Shown here in pieces: positions 25,301 through 35,865 of a stretch of DNA of 39,832 bases (positions are counted from its first letter, which is position 1; each line of letters begins with the position of its first letter). Position numbers and translations under genes: made by a program. The stretch is from Nemertoderma westbladi (lineage: Eukaryota > Animalia > Xenacoelomorpha), in the NCBI GenBank assembly GCA_032718475.1, contig JAUCBJ010005755.1, forward strand, positions 1-39,832. Direction: 5' to 3'. The notes under the pieces are model-generated. The model saw only the letters and a list, made by a program, of their open reading frames with translations. It made no database searches and had not been told where the DNA came from.

Positions 25301-26488
25301 TTGTTCTATAGGTTCTGCACTACCTAATTCTGTGCTAGTTAGCTGTCTTTTAACAGCTGGGGGCAAATCAGGCAATTTGCGACGGTAATATGTTTTTCTA
25401 CGCCTACTCAAATGAGATTTATTTCCTCCGCCTTCAGGATCGGTAGTATCGCCTTCCTCCGAGGATGTGTATCCTTGACGCTTGGGAGTAGATTTTCTCA
25501 TCATCTGCATTTGATTAGCAGTAGACTGTTTATTTATACTGTCTTGCGTCTCTTGCAGCCTTTCCAACTCCAATTGGATAGTCGCCTCAGACGCTCTCCG
25601 TTCTGCTTCTGCCACTGTTGCCTTTCTTTCGGCTTCCGCCGCTTTTCTTTCTTCTTCTGCTTCTGCCGCTTTTGCCTTTCTTTCGGCTTCTGCTTCTGCC
25701 GCTTTTGCCTTTCTTTCGGCTTCTGCTTCTGCCGCTTTTGCCTTTCTTTCGGCTTCTGCTTCCGCCGCCGCTGCTGCTGCTACCTTTCTTCTCTCTATCA
25801 GTTCTTTCTTTACTTGTTCTTCTTGAACTCTAATGAGGCGGAGTTTTTCATCACATTCAGCTTGGTTTGCAGCTAACATTTCGGCATCGATTGAGTCCAA
25901 TATAAGCTTGGTTCCTTCACTATTAGGGGAAAGTCCATGCAGCCGTCTCCTCAACTCTTCGTCTCCTAGGAATCGCTGATAGTCGGACAAATAAATGTCG
26001 ATAGCGTCTCTAGTTCGCGGCTTCTCTGCTGCTGTTAATTCGCTTTCCACTTCGCTTTCCACTTCGCTTTCCACTTGAGGAGAAGCAGCGTCGGTTGATT
26101 CTTCAAAGGTTGGTCGCTCATCATAAACCGTATCCGCCATCTTCGCTCCGCGTTCGGGTCTCCGCTCAGCAGTATCCGAACAACTGGAGCCATCGGGCCG
26201 CTGAGAACTAGGTTCTGGGCTAGGAGGTTGCTGCTGTTTGATAGCTGCTTCTTGATCCCGCTTGACTTGGGCCCGAGTGCCGATGATAGACCTACGGTGT
26301 TCTACTAGTCTAGGGTCTGACACTACTACGGTAGGGATGGCCTTTCTTACAGCAGGAGGTGACTTAGACTTGGATCTAGGATGTTCTATACTGGGATCTG
26401 GGTCACTGATCTTTTTAAGACACTGTCTAACAGTCATTCTAACACTTTCCAAAAGACTATCCGACAGTGATTGGGTTGTGTCCGACAT
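22313..26488 (-). CDS. BEL/Pao Gag-protease polyprotein (1391 aa) with in-frame loss of RT, most of RNase H and integrase
   Basis: Coiled coil (AEAEAERKAKA)x3; DUF1759-like KFNGDEMKWLPF...EKLRFLIKCLEG...LNIRYG; knuckles CALCDGPHRLSAC, CYNCLRRGHQRRTC, CAKCGAKHHSLLH; protease ALLDSGSTGTFI...ILIG; RNase H tail QWRHCLGTINPADTASRG...WLGGP; integrase C-tail-like NRPAGRLGLLE. No YxDD motif. Confidence 0.93.
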   Translation of the reverse strand: MSDTTQSLSDSLLESVRMTVRQCLKKISDPDPSIEHPRSKSKSPPAVRKAIPTVVVSDPRLVEHRRSIIGTRAQVKRDQEAAIKQQQPPSPEPSSQRPDGSSCSDTAERRPERGAKMADTVYDERPTFEESTDAASPQVESEVESEVESELTAAEKPRTRDAIDIYLSDYQRFLGDEELRRRLHGLSPNSEGTKLILDSIDAEMLAANQAECDEKLRLIRVQEEQVKKELIERRKVAAAAAAEAEAERKAKAAEAEAERKAKAAEAEAERKAKAAEAEEERKAAEAERKATVAEAERRASEATIQLELERLQETQDSINKQSTANQMQMMRKSTPKRQGYTSSEEGDTTDPEGGGNKSHLSRRRKTYYRRKLPDLPPAVKRQLTSTELGSAEPIEQFIQVKRLPTIVDEPEIIRPVIPKVTSVLETPTLPELNSKFPLHSTTLPVPGGTVHANTPVQIAEREINNLSPVVPRQPATMLATPASAVEWVEEGRRGMNLLLGQMQETVHQLKGTVREGRAELQEVQQSIALERDKLVNIQKGIPMLPVTLCQPVRSEVLHAQGVEPTRIYTASEVETPIANPIKGDYRPVINDIPYRPDNDPRNLYTDNSILNNTMVQESFTRQMARTEARQAVKVGEIVKFNGDEMKWLPFNEYYKDSIQNSVLSNGEKLRFLIKCLEGPPKLMALKFIGHPDGLRQVWDTLNIRYGNKDNIAKYLYAKLVAPRHFLSSGIIEFSDEIQEICRQLDWLGKSHEYQSSMVIGAVVSTLPKGGVCTRWDKKVLYMNEQQRRSPTMADLMSFLDSEVKLQLIRQSREKTSENKVSEKPVSRRRIIPVCYTDDGESQASQEEDSGKDTERSYYDNKTYKDVSKYKSRTSDRREQVTTTPPTSPKRIHGRKPEERTRVQNVNQVKVSNIKPKCALCDGPHRLSACAEFLKKSMADRRGVLWDKRLCYNCLRRGHQRRTCYSDARCAKCGAKHHSLLHTEFERNNPSQVSEPKSHVQFSDVNDTDQSSEWEGFYTDEFSDANESCYLINTTVYRALTDEKDTDEFTPTPFDKQPSWKVPTSNIGIREFPVVQVRVHGPNKSYIVNALLDSGSTGTFIDQELAEDIFAGQPKFQTKLNMSGIMQVWKSTITADYYVGALSTPQDKLGAQSIRSVKMVAIKNFATTQADLYNWDEDESIQHLKIPRFQTDYPGVQILIGQNAHEALETLEKRPAQPQPLQTYAVRTRVGWYFTGPSRRTLKERLPQQQEYQVKGEVESSNVDHPTEGTPYSSDNDDINSNVDQWRHCLGTINPADTASRGATLQELIDTPGWLGGPDSLSKEEDEWPPHLTTEEIRQAKGAAEVTRQPNRPAGRLGLLERDRKLSGNHGRQDTLPTTTSLIRQRSRDSIT

Positions 26489-27867
26489 GTTTGTTTACAC
26501 AGTCGAATGCCTACAGCTATAAATACAGTTAAAGCAAGTCTAGTAATTCAGTATCACTGCTAGCCTAATAATTAATTACCGATACTGCTACTTAATATAG
26601 CGGGATATATATATATTATATCAGAATACCGGTATGCTTATAGTATATATAAGTATTATTACAGACTAGATTTGCCACAGAGTACCGGTGTATAAATTTA
26701 GCACAAATATATATATAAATATATAAATATATAATAGGCCTATCGTGGATACCGGTATACAGCTTACACTTATAATATATATAAAGTATAATTATGAACT
26801 AAAATTAATTACAGAATACCGGTATGATTTCAGCTCAAATTTATAGAAATAAATATAATAAGCCTATAGTAAGTACCGGTATGTCAATTATTTTTAGAAT
26901 AATTGAATTTCTGAATATTTTAAGGTTACTTAGTTACTTTAACTTACTTTATTACCGTTGTTTAAGCAGTAGTCCAACTGGTAGTGAGACCTAGTTATTG
27001 TATGACAGGCCTACTATTTATAAATCGTTTGATTTGATTTATAATATTTATATACCCGTTATATGGGTTTTTGTCAATATTTGAAATAAATGTTATTATT
27101 TCTGGGGGAGTCACTACACAGAAGCTGAACGCCTCTCAGTGAAGTGCTATTTATTTGACACTAAAACTGATAATTCTAATTTACCTAAGTTACTTAATAC
27201 TACAAATTACTTACGATACGGGTGAGATTAATTCTCTAATTAAACACAACAAAATATTACGTACGAATTTTTTAGGGTAATTTTACAGGAAGTCTACAAA
27301 CCAGTCTAACAAAGGGTTAGATTTCTGGTTATTACAATGGACAGGGTACTACGGTATTTGAAAATAATAAGTAGTAGTAAATATATTGCACTGTCCAGAT
27401 AGGAAAATACCACCGTCTGACGACCTATAACCGTATCGCTATAGGTACTACGTTATGTATCACGGATTGTTCCTACCCAGAAGCTAATAGAGCTAACGAA
27501 TGTGCCTATCAACCACTTTACAACACAAATATACTGCCTACACTAATTACTTCGGATAGCACTGTACACTAAACCCTAAATTAGGTACAAGTACCGGTAT
27601 AACAAATAATCAGTAGTTAAATATACTTGAACAGTTAAAAGAACCACGGCATCTGCTGGAGTGACCGAAGCACAAAGTCGTCAGTCTTTACCTACGCCAA
27701 GCAGCCCTGATGTAGTACCGGGGTTAGTTTAACTATAACGGTATGTATAACAAGCACAATTACTGTAGGAATAAACTTGGGGACATGAATGTTGCGAATA
27801 ATCGCATAAACTCTGAATAATAAATATTACGCTACCCGTACAGAATACTCAAACAAAATACAAACCA

Positions 27868-28385
27868 AACGCTGGCAGACTACCATCAAGCCTAAACAAA
27901 CTACTGTATGTGCAGATTCTGAAACTGTTAGTTAGTATGCGTGCTAACACGGTAGTACGACTTACTCTTTAAGAGGGGATTGACCTTCAGCATATGGCTG
28001 CCCCAACTTACTAACGGCACTTGATCAGACCAACTCTACACACGCAGCAATCCCTTCAGACCTAAAAATAGCTAGACAACAATCCAGCCTACAAATATTT
28101 GAGTAATAACTATTACGGTACCTGAACAGACCACACAAACAAACACAGGCTAAAACACTGGCAGACTACGATCAAGCCTAAATAAACTACAGTATATGCA
28201 GACTCTGAAACTGTTAGTTAGTATGCGTTCTAACACGGTAGTACGACTTATTCTTTAAGAGGGGATTGACCTTCAGCATATGGCTGCCCCAACTTACTAA
28301 CGGCACTTTATCAGACAAACTCTACACACGCCGTAATCTCTCCAAACTCAACAACAGTCAGACAGCAGCCCAGCCTACAATTATC
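27868..28385. repeat. 286-bp-spaced direct duplication in the 5' leader
   Basis: CTGGCAGACTAC...TTCTTTAAGAGGGGATTGACCTTCAGCATATGGCTGCCCCAACTTACTAACGGCACTT-type block starts at 27872 and 28158. Confidence 0.9.
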
Positions 28386-28639
28386 TGAACAATCTGAGCA
28401 GGGTCACACGCCTTCTGCTCAATATTAGCCTACTAGTAAATAAAACTGACAGAAATAGACCTAAGTAAAATCCCAATAAAAACCAGGCGTCCCCGATTTA
28501 ATATCGAGACCTACCGGTATACATTAATCAAAATCGAATAATACTAAATGTACTTGTACAGCAGTACCGGTACCGGTGATGACAGTTAGGCCTACTGACC
28601 TACAAAGTACCGGTTCAGTTTTACCAGTCACTACGGTAT

Positions 28640-28965
28640 TTTGCAACCTTATTGCCTACTGCAATAAGATTATAAACTGTTACTGTTCGTCAGAACAGTA
28701 TTAAACTGTATTTAATACCTACACTGCAATACAAGTAAACTGTTACTGTTCGTCAGAACAGTATTAAACTGTATTTAATGCCTACACTTGCAACCTTATT
28801 GCCTACTGCAATAAGATTTATAAACTGTTACTGTTCGACAGAACAGTATTAAGCTGTATTTAATGCTTACACTGCAATACAATATAAACTGTTACTGTTC
28901 GACAGAACAGTATTAAACTGTATTCAATGCTTACACTGCAATACAGTATAAACTGTTACTGTTCG
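28640..28965 (-). repeat. Five tandem ~64-bp units, each containing the LTR end plus PBS-like sequence
   Basis: TAAACTGTTACTGTTCG on + starts at 28673, 28736, 28821, 28885 and 28949; the last overlaps the LTR boundary at 28960. Confidence 0.9.
28945..28959 (-). promoter_or_regulatory. Non-tRNA primer-binding site, complementary to an LTR-internal 15-mer
   Basis: Minus strand GTAACAGTTTATACT immediately follows the LTR's CA end. It is the exact reverse complement of minus-strand AGTATAAACTGTTAC at 29728-29714. No TGG is nearby. Confidence 0.75.
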
Positions 28966-30204
28966 CGCTTTTGAAGACCTTTAGCAGTTTAACCTGCCAA
29001 AATTTATATGTCTTCTAGTTAATTAAAACCACTTTAGCATACGACAATAATTTATGCTAATACGCAAAACATTAGCCGAAGTCAGCCCATGCGCGATCAT
29101 TCACCCGATGGATCTACACCCGGGAGACTGAATTCGGATGCTTGAATTGTATTATTACAGTGTAAGGTTGCAGTGTATACCTAATGTATTATTCGATAGA
29201 TCGTTAATAATTAATCTCTGACAGATATTATTGGCTTTCGGGAAATATTAACAGTTCCTTTAGGACGTGGCGCTTTATCTATTTAAACAGAACTAAGACT
29301 TATACTAAAACGCAACGATACTGCTTATGATTAAAGTATAAAGCGTATTCTTTAGGAAATACTTTGTTACCAATCACAATCATACACACTATTCTGCCGA
29401 CCGTCAGTATATTTGATCATACATAAAGAGAGCAGTAATTGACTCACGTAGGGTCTGCTAAATAACATTGGATTCAATACACACCACATTAATATAAATC
29501 GCAATTGTTATGTATAGCCGGTCTCTCTAACCTGTAGTGTTATCAAGAAAATTGGGAATTGGGTGATTTATCCGTATTATCCAAATAGCAATATTTCCAT
29601 CAACAAATAGGTACAATTAATAACTGACGGTAAAATAACAGTACAAGCAATATGATTAATGCAGTTAAGATTGATTAAATTGATCGGTAGTTAGTTAGGT
29701 TAGATTTGATGAGGTAACAGTTTATACTTTCGATAATTCAAGCAGTTTACTATAGTTCTTCCCAAAAGGCCGGTGTTTCTGGCTTAGACAGCAATAACAA
29801 CAAAGTATCAAGAAAAAACAGTAAGACTGAACACTCTCCTTATGATCGACTAAAAGCTACACGTCGACAGGAAAAATCGCTCTGATTGGCTCAAGCCAAA
29901 CAAAGAACCACACATCCAATGGCTGTTTCCATGTCAGCAACCAGCTGTTAGATGTCGTAATATGAATCATCACGGCTAAGCTGTGAAAGGTAGTTGGTGC
30001 ATTACAAGTTTTTTGCCTTACCATGTTCGCCAAAACACGTATATAGCAGAATGATTTTTATGTCCGTTAAAACACCTGTAAAGGTACCTTGCGGGCGAGG
30101 GGAATATATATACAGTTAGAAAACCTTTTTAGAGTATTCCAGCGCCTGGGGGAGAACTGGCCAGCAAAGGCAAACGTATCAGTTATCCCACAAAAGCTTT
30201 TACA
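28960..30204 (-). repeat. 5' LTR (1245 bp)
   Basis: Copy of 18069-19313, followed by the TSD GTGTG. Confidence 0.97.
29746..29891 (-). promoter_or_regulatory. Candidate LTR promoter (CCAAT box plus TATA-like motif)
   Basis: Minus strand AGCCAATCAG at 29891-29882 (NF-Y consensus). TATAGTAAA starts at 29754, 26 nt upstream of the proposed start site at 29728. Confidence 0.45.
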
Positions 30205-31389
30205 GTGTGTAACGGGAGTTGATATTTTCAGGTGCAATGTAATGCCTTACCTAAAAATTTAGAACATTAATATGATTATTTTTCTACCTAATTTCTAATA
30301 ATTGAAATGTGAAACGAATATTCGAAGCTGAGTCTTATCTCAGTGCGTTTAAATGTTACCCTATATTACTTAGTACATTCGATAGGTTTCGTTGTACTTC
30401 TCATAAACTTAGTGCCGGATTAAGCCTCTCTGGTGGCCCTTAGGCACATTTGAGCAATTTCCAGAAATGGCCCGAAAATTTATATTTTTCCACAAACCCT
30501 TTCAAATGAAAAAAGCCACAGAAATAGTGGAAATATTGTGAAAGGAATATATGTTCGTTGGTAAATGTAGCTTGATGAGTAGCATTCACGCACTCACATG
30601 TAGCACTGCGCGCAAATAATCTACGAGAATTAGAGCACTGCGATAGTATGATTTATTTGCAAAAAGTATATTGTTTTAATTCAGAACTGTAACATTATAG
30701 GCGAGACCCAGGCCTAGGCCCATAAGTATTTCGCAATAAATGCGAACCACCTGCCTATAACTGCCTGCTAAATATTGTGTTTAATCTATTAACACAACAT
30801 ATATAACCTTTTCATCAGGTTCTACATTAGGTTCATCAGGTATAAAAAGCGTTATTCCTGTATTCAGTGGAGTTTACAACAAGCAAATATCTGCCAGTTA
30901 TGTTTATAGTTTATATACTTTATACTTACAAAGTACCTTTCCACTGATGATAAAACCAAAAATTTGGCTTTGTTTTTATTGAGAGCGTTTGAGCTGCGGG
31001 ATCAACAGCTGTTGGTTAAGTGTTTAACCAATATCTTTGTCGTACATAATGTCAGTGCAATGTTGTAACCAATATTTTGGCGGTGCCAGGAATGTAAAGA
31101 TTGTTAAATTTCATTGTCAATATTTCTGTGCTAGTGAAATTCTTGTAATTCAATTTATACCAACAATATCCTTTACTGAATTGTTGTAGTAATAGTTATT
31201 AAAGTAACTAATTAGGGTTAATATTTATACGGTAATGTAATTGTCATTAAAAGCGTTGCCTAGCAACGGAGATAAAAAATAAATTTCTAAGGCAGTGATG
31301 AATTTATTACCTTAGTGGTAATAATTTTACATACCGGTAGTGCTATCATTGATAATGTTGGACAGACACAATGATGCGGTTGTGGTTAA

Positions 31390-32600
31390 CCCTATTAAAC
31401 CCCGGGGCGGTCAATATGACCCCCCGTGGTTTTTTTATTATAATTCTGAAACAAACGCAGTTGGGAATCTGAAATTTTATGACTTTCCTAAAAATTTATT
31501 GTCTTCCTAGTAGTGAAAACCGTTTTCATAAATATTTGGTAGTTTTCGAGTTATAGCACCATTTTTTAACCCTACTTTTGGCACTTTTTTTTGAGACGTT
31601 TTTTGAAAATAATTTTGAAAATCCATTCAATAGATAAAATTTCTTGTGACAATTTATTTCTTGCGTTTTAGAGGTTTATGACTGTTCTGAATTCAATGGA
31701 ACATATAATTATCGAACTAGACATCTCAAACTTGTATTTTTCGGAAGTGGGTGCAAAATGTGGTGCTAGCACCAAATTTTGAAAACCATCGAATATATAA
31801 ATTGATTGTGTCACCTTGTTTCTTGCGTTGTACGTGTTTGAGAGGGTTCTGAATTCAATGGAATCAGTAAAAATTTCATAAGAGTTTTCAAACTTGTATT
31901 TTTCGCCGGTGGGTGAAAATTGTTGTGCCAGCACCAAAGTTTGGAAAATAAGCAAATTGATCAGCAGATAGTATCATCTTGTTTCTTGCGTTATACGGGT
32001 TTATGAGGGTCCTAAATCCGATGGAATCAATAAAAACAGCACTGGACATCGCAAACTTGTACTTTTTGGTGATTGGTACGAAATTTGGTGCTAGCACCAA
32101 AATTTGCCAAATTACGCCGAAAAATACAAGTAGCAATGATCTGGCATATTAGAAATGTATTCCATTAGAATCAGCGCCCTAGAAAACCTGAAAATGTGAA
32201 TTTATAGCATCGTATTTATAAGTGAATTAAAAATTTTGTGTTCTAACTGAAAAGTGCTGGTTACTTGTTTTTTTCATTTTTTTCCTGCGCAGAGAGGACT
32301 AAACAGCCATATATAGTAATCATATCATTTTTAAATATTTTCCAATGTATTTATTTTGCGCCCCAGAAAACCTGTATTGAAAAACAATTAGCCGAAAAAT
32401 GTAACTTTCAAATTTTGTGAACATTGTGCACTACTTGTAATTTTGGTGCTGCAATATAACAACCCCAGTACATTTTTTCAATTTTTTTTTTTTAGTTCGG
32501 ATCCACCCCCCCCCCCCCGGGGGGGGGGGGTGGTGGTGGTGAATATGACCGCCCCCCCCCCGGTATTTGTACAACATTTTATAGACCTGTACTAATAGGG
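31390..32600. mobile_element. Non-autonomous piggyBac-like element with internal ~162-bp tandem repeats
   Basis: TTAA|CCCTATT...AATAGGG|TTAA, with subterminal GGTCAATATGACCCCCC and AATATGACCGCCCCCC motifs. TTCTTGCGTT recurs at 31658, 31820 and 31983. Confidence 0.85.
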
Positions 32601-33269
32601 TTAAATCTTTAACTAATCTGGAGCCGAAGACTCAAGTTTATTACATTCATGCAATTAGCGCATCGGTATTCCAAGTGTATGCTTACCATACACAGTGACT
32701 TCTCACGACCATAGGGCAGGTGAGGTGTTTCAATACATGCCAAAGGGCTTCATGTACTTTCCACAATATTCCAGAAGAAGAGGTCGGATCCGTAGTGGCA
32801 GGATGTAATAAATTCAGTTTGAGTATATTCTTTTATTTAATTCAACTTTAAAATTTCAAATTTGCTAATACTAATAATAAACAATATGATGGGGAATGCT
32901 ACACCGGGGAATGAGAAATACAAACAAATTTTATAATAAATTTAAAAATTGTTAAATAGTTCTGCAACGGGTGTTAGTAGTGAACGTAACAGTTGGATTT
33001 GGTTAGGATTATGGAGGTATCAGCGACTTGATGTACCGTACTGCCGAGTTTCTTGCCGAGGTTGACCCCCGGAGACATATGAGGCTGGCTAGAAGGACCG
33101 GAAAACTCACCAATAAATTAATAATGTAAAACGTATTACCACCACCTGACAGGTCAAACACAATTTTAGTTTCAGATTGCCACACGTCGCGAAGCTCAGA
33201 CCACAAACAGTTAGAAAGAATTGAACAAGCGGTAGTCTGGTAGTCTGTGGCTTCAAAGTGCACCCAAGG

Positions 33270-33512
33270 AGCATGGTGTTTCTTAAAAAATCGCATTAAG
33301 TGACTTCAAGAACATTGTTTGTACTTGGGACTTTAACCATGTTACCTCCAAACAAATTAGAGGAGCTTTTCCACCCATTGTTCCTGGAAATAGTTTATTG
33401 ATAACTCCTTATTATATCCTTATTTCGGATCCTTGTGCTTTCAACGAAGATCGGTGTGAATGTCCTTATCCACAGAACGAATGTGACCTGTTCGTTCTCA
33501 AATATATAGCGC
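33270..33512 (-). pseudogene. Decayed Mutator-like (MULE) transposase fragment
   Basis: Across frameshifts it reads YFQEQWVEKL/SNLFGGNMVKVPSTNNVLEVT/NAIFKKHH, resembling the MULE YF..QW....W.EG....PSTNN.LE.TN..K region around the catalytic Glu. A TTTTTGTAG acceptor ends at 33513. Confidence 0.55.
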
Positions 33513-33910
33513 CTACAAAAATAATAAAAAATAATAATTATGTTTTCTGAATGATATTTCTGAAAGCTGAGCGAGAATAATGAAAAGCAGAGGGGGAATG
33601 TAACATATATTGTACTTGATCAGACTATACATTCACCACCAGAAGTGTGCACCACCTGCCTTTCCTAGATCTCCCGAGCATCTTGAGATCAACGGATCAA
33701 CCACATAAATCTCCAATTACCACGCATTAAAGTTTGTAGAGTCGCCTTACGATGCCAATAGATCAATAGATTCGGATTATGTGTTTATGGCTTATGTGTA
33801 TGGGGGTGTGTGTGTTTGGGGGGGGGGGGGGGTGAGTATGTTTATGTATGTTTGTATGTATGTTATTGGGTGGGGTATGTGTATGTTTAATTATGAATAA
33901 AATTATAAAG

Positions 33911-35136
33911 GAGCCCATTTTGGCACTTAGAAGGATAATTGAAGAATTATCAAAAAAGAAAGACAGGCATCTGACATCTTTGTTGACTTCTTCAAGGCCT
34001 TTGATTCAGTCTCTCGCTCATGTATGTTCAGCATAATTTCATTATATGGGATTCCTGATGAAATTATTGCAGCAATCAGATCATATACGATGGTTCGACA
34101 ACATTTGTGTCTACTGTTGACGATGACACAGAACCATTTTAAGTGTTATGGGGCGTCTTCCAGGGAGACACGCTTGCACCATTCTTGTTCATAATTGTGT
34201 TTGACTATGTTCTACGCATGTCCTTAGATCATCATAATGATGATGGGGTGATGATAACTCCACCTACTGGCTCCAGAAGTCGAGGAAATCCTGCCAAATA
34301 CCTAACTGATCTAGACTTTGCTGATGACTTAGGAGTACTCTCAGAATCACTAGAGGGAGCCCAACGGCTCCTCAGCTCATTAGAACATGCTGCTTCTAGT
34401 GTTGGTCTTTTTATTAACTCCAGAAAGACCAAAATTTTGACAGTTATCTTTGAAAGTCCTCAGCAAGTCTCTGATCGGATGAGCATAAGCTCAAAGGATG
34501 GTATGCTTGAGCATGTGGACGACTTCTGTTCCCCGGGATCATGGATCCGGAAGTCAGGTGAGGACCTTCGAATACATAACGGAAAGGCATGGGCAGCCTT
34601 GAATAGGCTTTCCAGGATTTGGAAGTCACCGAGAATTAATCGGAAACTTAAGGTGCGATTATTTAGAGCAGCTGTAGTTCCAGTACTCCTCTATGGGAGT
34701 CCATGCTGGGCTCTAACTGCTGAGGACACCAAATCTCTGGATGGCACATTCACAAGAATGCTACGCCGGGTTCATTGTGTCAAGTACAATGCACACATCT
34801 CCAACCAGAACTACATAACATTGGAGGTGTCTCATTGGTTCCCCCAAGCTTGACACTAGAACAAAATCGCCTCCGCTTTGCAGGACATTGCTTTCGCCGT
34901 GAGGACCAGCCAGTGCATAATCTTGTACTTTGGCAGCCTCATGGAGTGAATACGCATGGTGGTCAGCCCGTTACTTTCTTCAGACGCATCTTAAAGGACA
35001 CTGGCCTTGAAGATGCGGATGATCTAGCAAATGTCATGGGTGATAGGGAGTTGTGGTGGCGCAATTTTGTCGACAAGCCGGCACAGCATTCTTAAAAATG
35101 CAGCTGCAATGCAGCATGCCGATCCTAGTAGTAGTA
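33911..35136 (+). mobile_element. Second 5'-truncated, frameshifted copy of the RTE-like LINE
   Basis: Near-identical to the reverse complement of 14184-15422, with small indels; same GCATGCCGATCC(TAG)n end. Confidence 0.93.
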
Positions 35137-35774
35137 TGAAGAAAAGATAGAATGGTGAGCGAGTATGGTGTCAGTTTTCTACACAATAAGAGCGCACTTT
35201 AGATACAATTCTTCACAAAGAAAGGGGTATGAAATAAGTTAATGTTGTTGACGCCACACAATGATGGCTCATTAAACATTATAGTGATGTATAGAGTGAA
35301 TGTTATGTTCTATAATAATAACCCGTAATCATCCATAATCGTTGTATGAGATCGTTTATAGAGCTGTAAGGGCTGGTGCAGTAAATACACACACAGCACC
35401 ATAGTCAAAGGAAATGGGTGTGAGAAATGAGTTAATCATGTATTTAATCGATGTTGCCACCATATTGCCACTATGTCGTGCGTCATTTTACATTATATAT
35501 GTTCACTTTATTTTATAAATGAGCGTTTAATATTATGGCCCGATTATAAAAGTAACTAGGTGCAAAACTAGAAAGATTTGACCTGCTACTACTACTATTA
35601 AATCGAGCGAGCTGGGACAGTTGAAATTAGGCCTTCCACATTAGACCTTGCTGGCTTCCCGATTACAATAACAATTTAATAATTTCGGTAATTTCGTTTC
35701 TTCCACTTAAAATCGATATATTATGTTATGATGTAATATTATGGTTATTTATGTTCATAAATGGATAATGAGGA

Positions 35775-35865
35775 AGCACGTCACTGGGGGTTGAACCAGC
35801 GCTATACGTACGTTTTAACCTATCAGTACGCATCAGTAGCGCTAACCAGTTTAGCCACTTGCCCC
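35775..35865 (-). other. Degenerate tRNA-like sequence (SINE head or pseudo-tRNA)
   Basis: A-box-like TGGCTAAACTGG and B-box-like GGTTCAACCCC with a T-arm-like stem. No clean cloverleaf. Confidence 0.35.

Larger units (their letters stand above)
18069..30204 (-). mobile_element. BEL/Pao LTR retrotransposon, internally deleted (non-autonomous)
   Basis: Two 1245-bp TG...CA LTRs; 5-bp TSD GTGTG at 18064-18068 and 30205-30209. Gag has the BEL-type triple zinc knuckle followed by a DSG protease and Pao RNase H and integrase C-terminal remnants. Confidence 0.95.

Noticed and set aside
28640-28965. CRISPR-like appearance of regularly spaced repeats
   Set aside because: The intervening sequences are themselves repeated, the context is eukaryotic, and no cas genes are present.
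30411-30450. hAT-like terminus AGTGCCGGATTAAG...GGCCCTTAGGC
   Set aside because: No partner end or 8-bp TSD found.
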